From Nitrosopumilaceae archaeon (GTDB lineage: Archaea > Thermoproteota > Nitrososphaeria > Nitrososphaerales > Nitrosopumilaceae): 32,000 nt of DNA. Numbering within the stretch: the stretch's first letter is position 1; every line of letters begins with the position of its first letter. Location: contig JBBDNF010000013.1 of assembly GCA_040877685.1 (NCBI GenBank), positions 51,886 to 83,885 of the forward strand. The letters run 5' to 3'. The notes beneath the pieces were generated by a model. The model was not told the origin of the DNA. It ran no database searches and was given only the letters and a program-made list of their open reading frames with translations. Positions 1-9,340 of the stretch are shown piece by piece. Position numbers and translations under genes: made by a program.

Positions 1-2153
1 TCAATTGGTTTTGGTATGGCATACGATATATTCTCTTTTATTGTTCCATACCATTCGTCCACACTCTTTGTTATAGAAGGTTTGACGCGTTTTAGTCCAG
101 CTGCAAAGTCTGTGCTTCCTATTTTAGCAGAGTCATTTTGCATAGCATGTACTGCAGCTTCTCTGCATATGGCTACAAGATCAGCACCACTGTAACTCTT
201 TGTAGCAACTGCAATCTCATTTAGGTCTACATCACTAGAAAGTGGCATTGTGCGAGTTAGAATCTTGATTATCTCAAGCCTTCCTTTTTCATCAGGGGGT
301 TGTATATACAAGATTAGATCTAATCTGCCAGGTCGTAGAAGTGAAGTATCCAGCAGATCGGGTCTATTTGATATTCCGACTACAACGACTCTAGAAGCCC
401 CACCGTCTTCCATCTCAGTTAAGAGCTGACTCAAAAGTCTCTCACCTACTCCACCATCTTCACCAGATTTTGCTCTAGCCAAGGAGTCAAGCTCATCAAA
501 TATTACAATACATGGGGAAGATGCCTTTGCTTTTCTAAAAATCTCTCTTATTGCCTTTTCTGATTCTCCAACCCACTTTGACAAGATTTCAGGACCTCGT
601 ACAAAAATCATATTTGCTCCACTTTCTGTTGCAAGTGCCCTTGCAAGTAACGTCTTTCCACATCCTGGCGGACCATAAAGTAATGCACCTTTCGGAGGTT
701 TGATTCCCATCTTTTGGAATTTGGCAGGTTCCTTTATTGCAATAATTAAGTTGTCGTGTAGTGTTCTTTTTGAGTCGGCCAATCCCCCAACATCTTTCCA
801 CCACACCTTTGGGCTTTCTACATAGAATTCCCTCATCGCAGTGGGCACAATTTCATGCATTGCATCGTAAAAGTCTTGTAGACGTATTCTCATTGACTGC
901 AAAACATCAGATGAGATCTTTTCCGTCTCAAGATCAATTTCTGGCAAGTAATTTCTAAGAGCCTTCATAGCTGCTTCTCTGCATAGCGATTTAATGTCAG
1001 CTCCAGTATAGCCGTGGAGTTCTGCTGCTAGTATTTTCAAATCCACATCTTCGGCAAGCGGCATTCCTCTTGTATGAATATGAAGTATCTCCAGTCTTTC
1101 ATCTGCATTTGGCACAGAAATTTCAATCTCTCTATCAAATCGTCCAGGCCTTCTCAAAGCTGGGTCTACACTTTCTGGCCTGTTTGTTGCACCTAAGACA
1201 ATGACATTTCCTCGTTCAGTAAGTCCATCCATCAAAGCTAAAAGCTGTGCCACAACTCTTTTTTCTACATCACCATATGCTTCTTCTCTTTTTGGAGCAA
1301 TTGCATCAATTTCATCTATGAATATCACACTAGGAGAATTTTCTTTTGCTTCTTTGAATATGTCACGAAGCCTTGCCTCCGTTTCTCCGTAATACTTGTT
1401 CATTATCTCTGGTCCATTTATAGAATAAAAGTTGGCTTCTGATTCACTTGCAAGTACTTTTGCAATCAAAGTTTTTCCACATCCTGGTGGACCATATAAC
1501 AGAATTCCGCTGTGTGGTTCGATTCCCAATCGATTGAAGACCTCTGGATGTCGAAGCGGCAGTTCTACAATTTCTCTCATCCTCTTTGTCTGTCCTTTGA
1601 GTCCTCCGATTTCTTCATATGTTACACGAATCTTTTTGTCAACTGATGTTTCAGTTAGAATTGTAAGAGTTGTTCCGCGCTCTATCTTGACTACACTTTT
1701 TGGCGAGATTTTATGAATTTTAAAGTCTATTGAGTTTCCAAGAATCATTACAGAGATTTCATCACCCTCAGAAAGTGGCAATCCCTTGAGTCTGTTCTTT
1801 ACAAAATCAGTGAACTCTTTGTCTACTGTAACATTGCCGTTTACAGGCATCAATACTACGCTCTTTGCAGGCTTGGCCACAATCTTTCTTACATTAACAA
1901 GGTCGTTTATTGCAACACCGACGTTCTTTCGTGTCTGACCGTCGATTCGTATCATATCAGGCGACTTGTCATCGTCGTCTGTGGGCCACACTATTGCACA
2001 GCTAGATCGCTTTCCAACAATTTCGACCATATCCCCTGGCTCTACCCGCAGGTATTCCATTGCTTCTGGCTCTATTCTTGCACGTCTTTTCCCAACATCT
2101 CGTTGCTTTGCTTCACCGACACGCATTTGCAGTGGTTCATCTTTTCGTACCAA
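1..2153 (-). CDS. cdc48: CDC48/VCP-like AAA+ ATPase with two AAA domains; the 3' end runs off the left window edge
   Basis: Absent from the ORF track because there is no stop in the window. My minus-strand translation reads (M)[50 protein letters not shown] (CDC48 N-domain). Next come [13 protein letters not shown] (Walker A, ~1470-1500) and [19 protein letters not shown] (second Walker A, ~650-690), then IVIFDELD (Walker B). The frame stays open to base 1 (...[19 protein letters not shown]). The start is TTG 2153, 8 nt after the EF-1beta stop, or alternatively ATG 2126. Confidence 0.9.
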   Translation of the reverse strand, partial: MVRKDEPLQMRVGEAKQRDVGKRRARIEPEAMEYLRVEPGDMVEIVGKRSSCAIVWPTDDDDKSPDMIRIDGQTRKNVGVAINDLVNVRKIVAKPAKSVVLMPVNGNVTVDKEFTDFVKNRLKGLPLSEGDEISVMILGNSIDFKIHKISPKSVVKIERGTTLTILTETSVDKKIRVTYEEIGGLKGQTKRMREIVELPLRHPEVFNRLGIEPHSGILLYGPPGCGKTLIAKVLASESEANFYSINGPEIMNKYYGETEARLRDIFKEAKENSPSVIFIDEIDAIAPKREEAYGDVEKRVVAQLLALMDGLTERGNVIVLGATNRPESVDPALRRPGRFDREIEISVPNADERLEILHIHTRGMPLAEDVDLKILAAELHGYTGADIKSLCREAAMKALRNYLPEIDLETEKISSDVLQSMRIRLQDFYDAMHEIVPTAMREFYVESPKVWWKDVGGLADSKRTLHDNLIIAIKEPAKFQKMGIKPPKGALLYGPPGCGKTLLARALATESGANMIFVRGPEILSKWVGESEKAIREIFRKAKASSPCIVIFDELDSLARAKSGEDGGVGERLLSQLLTEMEDGGASRVVVVGISNRPDLLDTSLLRPGRLDLILYIQPPDEKGRLEIIKILTRTMPLSSDVDLNEIAVATKSYSGADLVAICREAAVHAMQNDSAKIGSTDFAAGLKRVKPSITKSVDEWYGTIKENISYAIPKPI

Positions 2154-2161
2154 AAAATCAC

Positions 2162-2443
2162 CTACTTTACATCAACAGAGGCTCTGCTCATTCCCAAGAC
2201 CTCAAACTCTCCTACACCATCTATAGATCTGACTGCATTTTCAAGCGAGTCCATCTGTCCTTCCTTATCATCTAGGGAAAACTCACCGTTAATAAAGTAA
2301 AGACCAAAAGCAAGTGGCTCTTTTGTATATTTTAAAAGCTTGATTTCATCCTTTAGTACAGAACCGATCTTTTTTGCAATATCATCCAGATCTACTTCTG
2401 TACCTGTCGGAAGAATTTTTGCTTTAAGTAAAAGGCGTGCCAT
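2162..2443 (-). CDS. Translation elongation factor aEF-1 beta
   Basis: 93-aa ORF, MARLLLKAKILPTGTEVDLDDIAKKI...GVGEFEVLGMSRA. Its size and sequence pattern fit archaeal EF-1beta. It sits 3 nt downstream of the Zn-ribbon gene that typically accompanies it in archaea. Confidence 0.8.
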   Translation of the reverse strand: MARLLLKAKILPTGTEVDLDDIAKKIGSVLKDEIKLLKYTKEPLAFGLYFINGEFSLDDKEGQMDSLENAVRSIDGVGEFEVLGMSRASVDVK

Positions 2444-2446
2444 TTT

Positions 2447-2626
2447 CTATGGTCCATCAAAGTTGCAGGATTTGCAGTGATAAGGCCTTGCTGCTTCTCT
2501 ACAGCTCTCGCATCTCCATAGTAGTACAGATCCACAGCTTGGACAGTTAAATTTCACGCATTTATCATTAGGCATTATGGTTCTGTGGCACGAGCTACAC
2601 ACCGGTAATGCAATAGATGATGACAT
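2447..2626 (-). CDS. Small double Zn-ribbon protein (COG2888-type partner of aEF-1beta)
   Basis: 59-codon ORF below the ORF-track cutoff. I translated it as MSSSIALPVCSSCHRTIMPNDKCVKFNCPSCGSVLLWRCESCREAARPYHCKSCNFDGP. It has four CxxC pairs, an ATG start and a TATA-like box centred 28 nt upstream. Confidence 0.7.
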   Translation of the reverse strand: MSSSIALPVCSSCHRTIMPNDKCVKFNCPSCGSVLLWRCESCREAARPYHCKSCNFDGP

Positions 2627-2650
2627 GGCCAGAGCTGATTAAAAACCGAA

Positions 2651-2657
2651 TTTATAC
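2651..2657 (-). promoter_or_regulatory. TATA-like box of the Zn-ribbon/aEF-1beta/CDC48 gene string
   Basis: The minus strand reads GTATAAA, centred 28 nt upstream of ATG 2626. Confidence 0.4.
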
Positions 2658-2680
2658 CTTGCTTATCAATTGCATGTTTT

Positions 2681-3817
2681 CTATGTTAACAGTCTTCTAA
2701 ACTCGCTTCCAAGAATTGCCTGCACTGCCTTGACAGATCCCTTTACACCAAGTAGCTTGGCAATAGATACAGTGTGAAAATCAAACATGCCCTCTTTTGC
2801 GATCTCTTCTAGAATTTGTGGCGTAACTGATTCAAATAACTTGTCGATCGTCTTGTTATCAAGTCTTTCCAGAAGCTTTCGTGCAAGAAGCATGTTTTCA
2901 AATTCCTGTCCGAATTTTTCATGCCATGTTTTTTGATATTCCAAAAGATCGTTGGGTTTTCCTGATTCTAAGAATTTGGAAATTGCTCTGCCTGCAAATA
3001 TGCCACCAAGACCGCATGAATATATTCCACCTGCGGTAGTTGGTTTTGACTGGCCCGCAGCATCACCTATTGTTACTATATTTTTTGAAACAAAGTTTTC
3101 GATCGGCCCTTTTATCCATATTGGAGCGAAGACCTTTCTTACAATGGAATGTTTTCCTTTTTTTGTAAGAAAGTTTTCAAGGGCAACTGCTGCGTTGATA
3201 CCCTTGCCTGCTACGCCAACCTTTGCTATGTCCGTACTTGTTGGAATAATCCAAGCAAAAAAACCCGGATATTTTTCCTGATCAAAATAAACTTCAATTC
3301 TTTCTTTTTCGATCCAATTTGCATAAACTTCGTACTGCGCGGACTGCAATATTCCTTCTCTATCTTTCTGAACGAGTGAGGATACACCGCGTGCATCCAC
3401 AACAATTTTGCATTTCAGTGTCCCTTCTGATGTTTTAACTTCGTCTTCTTTGACTTCTTTTAGTGATGATTTCACATGAATTTCTACACCATTATTTTGT
3501 GCTTGATGTGCAATCCGTTTGTCAAAATCGCGTCTATCCAGAACTACTACTTTTTGAACTCTTGCATCAAGCAAAAAACTCCTACCTGCAGGTGAGATTA
3601 TCATTGCAGATTCTATCTTATTGTCAAGCGTCCCTCTTGTAGGCATGACACCAAGTTCGTCAATTCCAGAAATGCTTACAAGACCTCCGCAGTGCTCAGG
3701 TGTGCCAATCTCTGGATCTTCTTCTATAACCAAAACACTGTGACCGCGGCTTGCGATTTCCCTTGCGCATATAAGACCAGAAACGCTTCCACCTGCAATT
3801 ACAACATCATAGTCCAT
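2681..3817 (-). CDS. FAD-dependent geranylgeranyl reductase family protein (archaeal lipid saturase type)
   Basis: 378 aa. The N-terminal Rossmann motif is DVVIAGGSVSGLICAREIASRG, followed by GTPEHCGGLVS and GDAAGQSKPTTAGGI, typical of GGR-family flavoproteins. Confidence 0.8.
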   Translation of the reverse strand: MDYDVVIAGGSVSGLICAREIASRGHSVLVIEEDPEIGTPEHCGGLVSISGIDELGVMPTRGTLDNKIESAMIISPAGRSFLLDARVQKVVVLDRRDFDKRIAHQAQNNGVEIHVKSSLKEVKEDEVKTSEGTLKCKIVVDARGVSSLVQKDREGILQSAQYEVYANWIEKERIEVYFDQEKYPGFFAWIIPTSTDIAKVGVAGKGINAAVALENFLTKKGKHSIVRKVFAPIWIKGPIENFVSKNIVTIGDAAGQSKPTTAGGIYSCGLGGIFAGRAISKFLESGKPNDLLEYQKTWHEKFGQEFENMLLARKLLERLDNKTIDKLFESVTPQILEEIAKEGMFDFHTVSIAKLLGVKGSVKAVQAILGSEFRRLLT

Positions 3818-3891
3818 AGTTTTTCATTTTCATGCAATTATTTATTTCAATTCAAAAGTTTAACATACTCTAATTTCTTTCTAAAATAAAC

Positions 3892-4248
3892 ATGGGTACT
3901 ATTAAGCAGGTAATTGTAGTAAGAAAGGATCTTGATATGGGTACAGGAAAAATTGCGGCTCAGGTAGGACATGCTTGTGTTTTGGGTGCAGCACATGTAC
4001 GAAAATCATACCCAGATTGGTATAACGAGTGGGAAAGATCCGGTCAGGAAAAAGTGGTTGTAAAAGTGACAAGTCTTGAACAGTTAGAACAAGTAAAAAA
4101 ACACGCCATATCTTTAGATCTTCCTTGGAGTGAAGTAACAGATGCAGGACACACACAAATTGCTCCAGGAACAGTTACCTGTATTTCAATAGGACCTGCG
4201 CCTGAAGTAATAGTTGACAAAGTTACGAAAGACTTGAAACTTTTGTAG
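3892..4248 (+). CDS. pth2: Peptidyl-tRNA hydrolase, archaeal/eukaryotic Pth2 type
   Basis: 118 aa. KQVIVVRKDLDMGTGKIAAQVGHA...TDAGHTQIAPGTVTCISIGP matches the PTH2 family pattern and size. Confidence 0.85.
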   Translation: MGTIKQVIVVRKDLDMGTGKIAAQVGHACVLGAAHVRKSYPDWYNEWERSGQEKVVVKVTSLEQLEQVKKHAISLDLPWSEVTDAGHTQIAPGTVTCISIGPAPEVIVDKVTKDLKLL

Positions 4249-4284
4249 AATAAGATATAACAAGGAAAACTTGTTCTGCCTTTT

Positions 4285-5826
4285 GTGAAGAAAAAGGCAA
4301 AGCAACTTCTAGTTGCAGCGTTTTTTGGAGTAATACTGCTAACTTCCACCATAACAATTGCTATGATAGGTACCGCTCCAAGCAATACAGACAATACAAC
4401 TACAACCACAGGAACCCCAGCAGATAACTATTCTGATGACAAGCGGGCAACATATTGTGGAACAGGTGCAGCAAAATCTAACAGATACATAACAGAATTC
4501 AAGGTTCCAACAGTCTGTGCGCAACCATTAGCGATAACAACAGATTCTTCTGGGGCCGTTTGGTTTACAGAATCAAACGCAGGAAAGCTTGCAAAGTTTG
4601 ATCCCTTCTCAAGACTTTTCACTGAATATGAAAACACCAGGTGGCCAAAAGGAGACCAAGCTATGATGTGGGGAATTAATTACGCATCAGATGGAAATAT
4701 CTGGTTTACAGATGAGGCCCATGATGTAGTATGGAAATTTTCTATTTCAGAGAAAAACTATACCAGTTTCAAATATCCTGCCTCTGCTGGAGGAGAAGTC
4801 TTTCCACAGAGACTTGTTATTGATGATCAAAAAATTCTTGTAAATGACTTTACTGGAAACAGAATAACATTTTTTGATTCATCTCAATCTGGAGAAGAAA
4901 TAAAATATTCTATAGTCAACTCTCCCACAACCGATACCATCACAGGAGCGCTAGCGGTTGATTCGAATAGAAAAGTTTGGTATACTGTCTGGAAGTTTCA
5001 AGAAGGCGGCAATCTTGCACGCTATGATCCACAAACCAGCAGCGGGATTGGCTTCAAGCTTCCACTTGGAATCCTTGCGCCAAATGGAATATCAGTTAGT
5101 CCAGAAAATAAGATTTGGATTACTGATGCTGCAAGCAGCTTCTTTTTTAGTTTTGATCCACAATCACAGCAATACACAAAATTTATCACTTCCGTTCCAC
5201 GAGAACCCGCTTACGGAAATTCTTCTGGATTAATCAAGACCCCAATCTCCAGACCATATTGGAATAGCCTTGATGAAAAAGGTAGGTTATGGTTTAACGA
5301 ACAGACTTCAAACAGCATCGCGGTTTTTGATCCTATAAAAGAATCACTTGTGGAATATTTGGTTCCATCACAAAATCCCAACTGGGCTGACTGTGACAAT
5401 CTTGAAGGTTGCGGGATTGCTCAAGTGCTTGATTTTACAATTAATGGTGACAAAATTTGGTTTACAGAATGGGTTGAAAATAACATTGGTGTCCTTGATT
5501 CAAGCATACCACTACCAATAGAGGTAAATCTTGAACCAACTGAGATTATTTTGAATAAAGGTGAAACAAGTACATTGTCATTTACCATAACTCCAAAAGA
5601 ACAACTCGATGGAACGATTACTTTGACTACTGCAAATACTGCTGCACCAAACGATATCATTGTATCTGGTGTTGACAAAAAAATAACTGTTAAAAATCAG
5701 CCTGAAACTGTTTCTCTTTCTCTGTCTGCAAGTAAATTTTCTCTTTCTGGAACATACAAGTTGCTAGTAGGAGCTCAATACAATGAAGTCACAGTATCGC
5801 AATTTATCACAATCACAGTAAAGTAA
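4285..5826 (+). CDS. N-terminally anchored or secreted beta-propeller protein with Vgb/streptogramin-lyase-like (COG4257) repeats and a C-terminal Ig-like domain
   Basis: 513 aa with a GTG start. It has a basic N-terminus plus a TM/signal segment, then a Thr-rich linker. Six or more repeats follow the pattern xxWFTE/WITD...(K/V)FDP: AVWFTESNAGKLAKFDP, NIWFTDEAHDVVWKFS, KVWYTVW, KIWITDAASSFFFSFDP, RLWFNEQTSNSIAVFDP, KIWFTEWVENNIGVLD. The tail is beta-rich. Confidence 0.65.
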   Translation: MKKKAKQLLVAAFFGVILLTSTITIAMIGTAPSNTDNTTTTTGTPADNYSDDKRATYCGTGAAKSNRYITEFKVPTVCAQPLAITTDSSGAVWFTESNAGKLAKFDPFSRLFTEYENTRWPKGDQAMMWGINYASDGNIWFTDEAHDVVWKFSISEKNYTSFKYPASAGGEVFPQRLVIDDQKILVNDFTGNRITFFDSSQSGEEIKYSIVNSPTTDTITGALAVDSNRKVWYTVWKFQEGGNLARYDPQTSSGIGFKLPLGILAPNGISVSPENKIWITDAASSFFFSFDPQSQQYTKFITSVPREPAYGNSSGLIKTPISRPYWNSLDEKGRLWFNEQTSNSIAVFDPIKESLVEYLVPSQNPNWADCDNLEGCGIAQVLDFTINGDKIWFTEWVENNIGVLDSSIPLPIEVNLEPTEIILNKGETSTLSFTITPKEQLDGTITLTTANTAAPNDIIVSGVDKKITVKNQPETVSLSLSASKFSLSGTYKLLVGAQYNEVTVSQFITITVK

Positions 5827-5829
5827 GAA

Positions 5830-7029
5830 GTGGTTCCCAAGATAGATTCTGATATTGGTATTTTTGTGTACAGTACCAAGTTTGAAGGAGCAAGCGGTAG
5901 AATCAAGTCAACGCCTGATGATTTTTTCGTTTCTGAAATTCTAGATCAAAAAACATTATCAAAAATTTCTCAAACTAGGGGTTATGCAGTATATAAATTA
6001 AAGAAACATGGAATTGACACAAACCATGCCCTTGATGAAATTTTCATAGTGCATGGCTTGAGGCTCAAAGCACTTGGGCTAAAGGATGCAAATGCCACAA
6101 CAGAGCAGTTTGTCTGTTCTACAAGCACATCTAAATTTACTGATAAATTTTCTACAAATAGGTATGGTCTTGAAAGAATTGGTTTTGTTGCAAAACCTCT
6201 TACAAAAAAAGACATGATGGCAAATCATTTTGAAATCAAGATAGAAGATACGATGTTTTCAAAAATTGCCGATTTTAATGAATACGATAAGGTTTTGAAC
6301 TTTTATGGTTACCAAAGATTTGGAAGTAAAAGACCAGTATCGCACCTAATAGGAAAAGCGATTTTGCAAAATAATTTTGAGGAGGCTGTGAACCTTCTTC
6401 TTTCCTTTAGTACAGAATATGACTTGCTGGGGAATACGAAGATTAGGAAAATGCTTGAAGACAAATCAAACTATCACAAAGCTTTGAATGAAATCCCACC
6501 TCAAATGGACCTAGAAAGAGCTGTGCTTGAGGAGATGGTACACCACAATGATCCTCTTAGAGCAATGCGAGCAATACCACTTTCTATAAGGAGGTTTTTT
6601 GTTCAAGCTTTCCAGTCGTATATCTTCAATTGTTCTACAAGTCTGGCTTTCGAGGAGGGAGAGGAATTGTTTTTGGCAAAAGAAAATGACGTTTGTTATG
6701 ATAAAAAAAATGTACTTGGTAGATTCGAAAACGATCCTGATCAAAGACTCGCAATACCGCTTGTTGGCTATTCATATTATAAAAAAAATAGATTCGATTA
6801 TCAGATTTGTAAAATTCTTGAAAGAGAACAAATCCACGCCAAAGATTTTTTTGTAAAACCAATGCAAGAGGTAAGTGTAGAAGGTGGATTTAGACAAGCT
6901 GTAATAAAATGCGAAAATTTTTCTGTAACTGAACCTACGGTTAGCTTTACATTGTCCAGAGGTTCATATGCCACGGTACTTTTACGTGAAATAATAAAAC
7001 CACAGGATCCCATGAGATCAGGATTCTAA
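5830..7029 (+). CDS. truD: tRNA pseudouridine synthase TruD/Pus7 family
   Basis: 399 aa with a GTG start 4 nt after the previous stop. Motifs are SGRIKSTPDDFFVSEI, the GLKDANATTEQ catalytic-Asp motif, and YGYQRFG. Confidence 0.8.
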   Translation: MVPKIDSDIGIFVYSTKFEGASGRIKSTPDDFFVSEILDQKTLSKISQTRGYAVYKLKKHGIDTNHALDEIFIVHGLRLKALGLKDANATTEQFVCSTSTSKFTDKFSTNRYGLERIGFVAKPLTKKDMMANHFEIKIEDTMFSKIADFNEYDKVLNFYGYQRFGSKRPVSHLIGKAILQNNFEEAVNLLLSFSTEYDLLGNTKIRKMLEDKSNYHKALNEIPPQMDLERAVLEEMVHHNDPLRAMRAIPLSIRRFFVQAFQSYIFNCSTSLAFEEGEELFLAKENDVCYDKKNVLGRFENDPDQRLAIPLVGYSYYKKNRFDYQICKILEREQIHAKDFFVKPMQEVSVEGGFRQAVIKCENFSVTEPTVSFTLSRGSYATVLLREIIKPQDPMRSGF

Positions 7030-7111
7030 GATATTGTAATATGCTGTGTTTGATAAGATTTACACTATAGATAACGTAATAAGATGTAAGATCGTAATGA
7101 TATAATACGAC

Positions 7112-7342
7112 ATGGAAAAGGCATACATTCTGATTGGATGTGAACTTGGTTCTGAAATTGAGCTTGTGACCAAACTTTTGGAAATAGACAGGGTCAAAGA
7201 TGCAACGGTGACATATGGAGATTATGATATTGTGGTAGAAGCAGAGACTGATACAGAAGCCCAGATGGATAATCTTATAATGAAAAAGATTCGCAAATTA
7301 GACAAGATAAGAACCACCATTACTTTGGGTGTCGTAAGCTAG
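7112..7342 (+). CDS. Stand-alone Lrp/AsnC-type RAM (ligand-binding) domain protein without an HTH
   Basis: 76 aa, AYILIGCELGSEIELVTKLLEIDRVKDATVTYGDYDIVVEAET...IRTTITL. This is the beta-alpha-beta-beta-alpha-beta pattern of AsnC-family C-terminal domains. Confidence 0.65.
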   Translation: MEKAYILIGCELGSEIELVTKLLEIDRVKDATVTYGDYDIVVEAETDTEAQMDNLIMKKIRKLDKIRTTITLGVVS

Positions 7343-7541
7343 ATTTTTTTGAAATCACTATTCCTACTGCTAAAATCATAATTCCTACAATTACAATCCA
7401 GTAACCATGTGTTATCCATTCAGGGTTAGAATACATAAAGGACGATTCTGGACCAATTCCAGCTTGCCCCTGAAGTGAAAATACTATTCCTAAAATCAGA
7501 ATAACTATTCCCGTGCCTATTATCGGTTTTCCAATCTTCAT
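7320..7541 (-). CDS. Small hypothetical membrane protein (2 TM)
   Basis: 73 aa with two clear hydrophobic helices (IIGTGIVILILGIVF; YWIVIVGIMILAVGIVI). Its 3' end overlaps the convergent RAM-domain gene by 23 nt. No recognisable family. Confidence 0.45.
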   Translation of the reverse strand: MKIGKPIIGTGIVILILGIVFSLQGQAGIGPESSFMYSNPEWITHGYWIVIVGIMILAVGIVISKKSSLRHPK

Positions 7542-7646
7542 ACGCTATCCAATGAGGTCTAGCCATAAAAGGTAAAGAGAATTGATAAATTAAGCAAAAT
7601 CATTTTTGGCCTTTTCTTTAATGCTTTTTTTCAAAACCAAATCAGA

Positions 7647-8336
7647 TTGGACGAGTGGGGAACAGACCTATACGAGCTTAGGCATAATAGAAGCTGGCTT
7701 GACATTAGCATATTTGCAGGAGCTGCAGCTCTTGCCATAATCATGATTTTGATATTTGGTCCAGATATTGCGAAAATTACTGAGGAATCCCCAATCATAA
7801 TAAACATAATGTTTGGCCCTTCCTTTGCAATAGGTCTTCTTTATGGTATTAAAATAACTGACCGTGTAATGAGGCCATCCGAAACAAGAAGCCCAATCAA
7901 GCGAGCGGTAGTAAAGATATTTTTGTTCTTATTTTTAATGGGAGCTATTTTTTCTTCTGTTACATTTGCTCTGCACGGTGGAGCCCAATCTACTCAAAAA
8001 TCTATCCTCGAAGATGGTTTAATTCCATGGGCAAGCGAGTTCATACAAGCAAATGGGGGCCTGACATTCCTAATTGTTTCTAGCATCACAATAATGGCAG
8101 CCGCCACAAAAAGGATCGTTGGAATGGAAGGGTTACTAAGCAAAGTTTTCACCTTTGTTGGTACATTCGTCTTCTTTTCTATGATAGCGTTGAGCTTCTC
8201 ACATAGTGATCCTAGTGACTCACAAGTGTATCTGTATGCATTTTATCAGGCAGGAATAGCAGGTGGAATGTTTTACCAGATGAACAAGCTCACATCCCGT
8301 GCCAACATGTGGGAAGACTTTGCGAATGGTTATTAG
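7647..8336 (+). CDS. Hypothetical polytopic membrane protein (~6 TM)
   Basis: 229 aa with a TTG start (uncertain). It has six hydrophobic segments and contains no cysteine. No recognisable family. Confidence 0.55.
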   Translation: MDEWGTDLYELRHNRSWLDISIFAGAAALAIIMILIFGPDIAKITEESPIIINIMFGPSFAIGLLYGIKITDRVMRPSETRSPIKRAVVKIFLFLFLMGAIFSSVTFALHGGAQSTQKSILEDGLIPWASEFIQANGGLTFLIVSSITIMAAATKRIVGMEGLLSKVFTFVGTFVFFSMIALSFSHSDPSDSQVYLYAFYQAGIAGGMFYQMNKLTSRANMWEDFANGY

Positions 8337-8815
8337 AATTTTCTGAATTTTCTTGAAAGTGCGATTGTAGCAAATGCAGTAGCCATAACAACCAAGGCAG
8401 CACTTGAAAATTCTGGAAGATAAGTAGTTCCTATTATTTCTAGAGTGTTTGTTCCATTTCCATCGAATTCCAATACGATAAATGATATCTTATCATTTTT
8501 TCTAATCTCAGGGAAAATTTCGTGGCCATTTACAAAAACTGTCAGGTTTCCATTTATCAAATTTATTGGGATTTGTATTTCTGCAAAGTTGCTTTCAAGC
8601 TCGCTATTAATGTTAAATGTTAGCTTTTTGTCATCTCTATTGAATTGTACATCTTGTATGTTAAAATTTGACACCGTCTCTACCTCAAAATCATATCCAC
8701 TTGTTTCAATTGTAAAATCTTTTTTCAAACCAGTTTTTTCTGAGATGGCCCCAAATGCAGGCGGTAAAAACACAATGGATGTTATTATGATTGCTAAAAG
8801 TTGAATCGTGTCCAA
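8333..8815 (-). CDS. Secreted beta-sandwich protein with a PEF-CTERM-like tail (PEF + TM helix + basic end)
   Basis: 160 aa with a TTG start. The signal peptide is LLAIIITSIVFLPPAFGA. The C-terminus is YLPEFSSAALVVMATAFATIALSRKFRKF. The domain is homologous to 9341-10081 and to the C-terminal part of 20419-21483. Confidence 0.6.
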   Translation of the reverse strand: MDTIQLLAIIITSIVFLPPAFGAISEKTGLKKDFTIETSGYDFEVETVSNFNIQDVQFNRDDKKLTFNINSELESNFAEIQIPINLINGNLTVFVNGHEIFPEIRKNDKISFIVLEFDGNGTNTLEIIGTTYLPEFSSAALVVMATAFATIALSRKFRKF

Positions 8816-8818
8816 TTT

Positions 8819-9277
8819 CTATTGCTTAAGGCCAACAATTTTGCCACGCATTTCTTTGTCTTTAAAGATCCTTGGATGCGATGGATCAGCTAAAATCACT
8901 TCATACCAAAGATACATGCCATCCTTGTAAAGGTAGTATGACCCAAGAAGTTTCATGTTTGGAAATCTCTCAAGCACTCTGCGTTCTGCAACTTGCTGCA
9001 TACTTACATCTGGCTTTATTCTTGTAACACCAAGGTGCTTCGGTCGTCTTCCAGCAACAGGTCTCTTTTTGCGCATGTTGCCTCTGCCAACTCGCATTCT
9101 TACGACAACTATTCCTTGTTTTGCTTTGTATCCTAGTCTTCTTGCTTTTTGGATTCTACTTGGCTTTGCTATTCGTGTAAGGGCATTTTGTTTTCTCCAT
9201 TCTATTGCTTTTTCTCTTAGTTCTGGAGAGTTTTCTTGCCACATCTTAAGCCAAATTTGATCCTGATGGCTAATCAT
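8819..9277 (-). CDS. rpl15e: Ribosomal protein L15e
   Basis: RLGYKAKQGIVVVRMRVGRGNMRKKRPVAGRRPKHLGV...WYEVILADPSHP is the typical L15e pattern. I prefer the ATG at 9277 (MISHQDQIW...) over the upstream TTG at 9292 used by the ORF track. Confidence 0.9.
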   Translation of the reverse strand: MISHQDQIWLKMWQENSPELREKAIEWRKQNALTRIAKPSRIQKARRLGYKAKQGIVVVRMRVGRGNMRKKRPVAGRRPKHLGVTRIKPDVSMQQVAERRVLERFPNMKLLGSYYLYKDGMYLWYEVILADPSHPRIFKDKEMRGKIVGLKQ

Positions 9278-9340
9278 ATTCGGCACTACCAAATTCCCCT
9301 TAATATTCTGTTAGAAAATCAATTTCCCAACGAATTTAAT

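Noticed and set aside
1201-1716. Plus-strand ORFs containing FPHPGGP-like strings inside the CDC48 region.
   Set aside because: These strings are the reverse-complement mirror of the Walker A codons (GPPGCGKT) of the real minus-strand AAA+ gene, so they are not independent genes.
7647-8336. The idea that the 6-TM membrane protein next to the PEF-tailed protein is the cognate archaeosortase.
   Set aside because: Archaeosortases and exosortases use a conserved catalytic Cys (with Arg and His). This protein contains no cysteine at all and is shorter than known family members.
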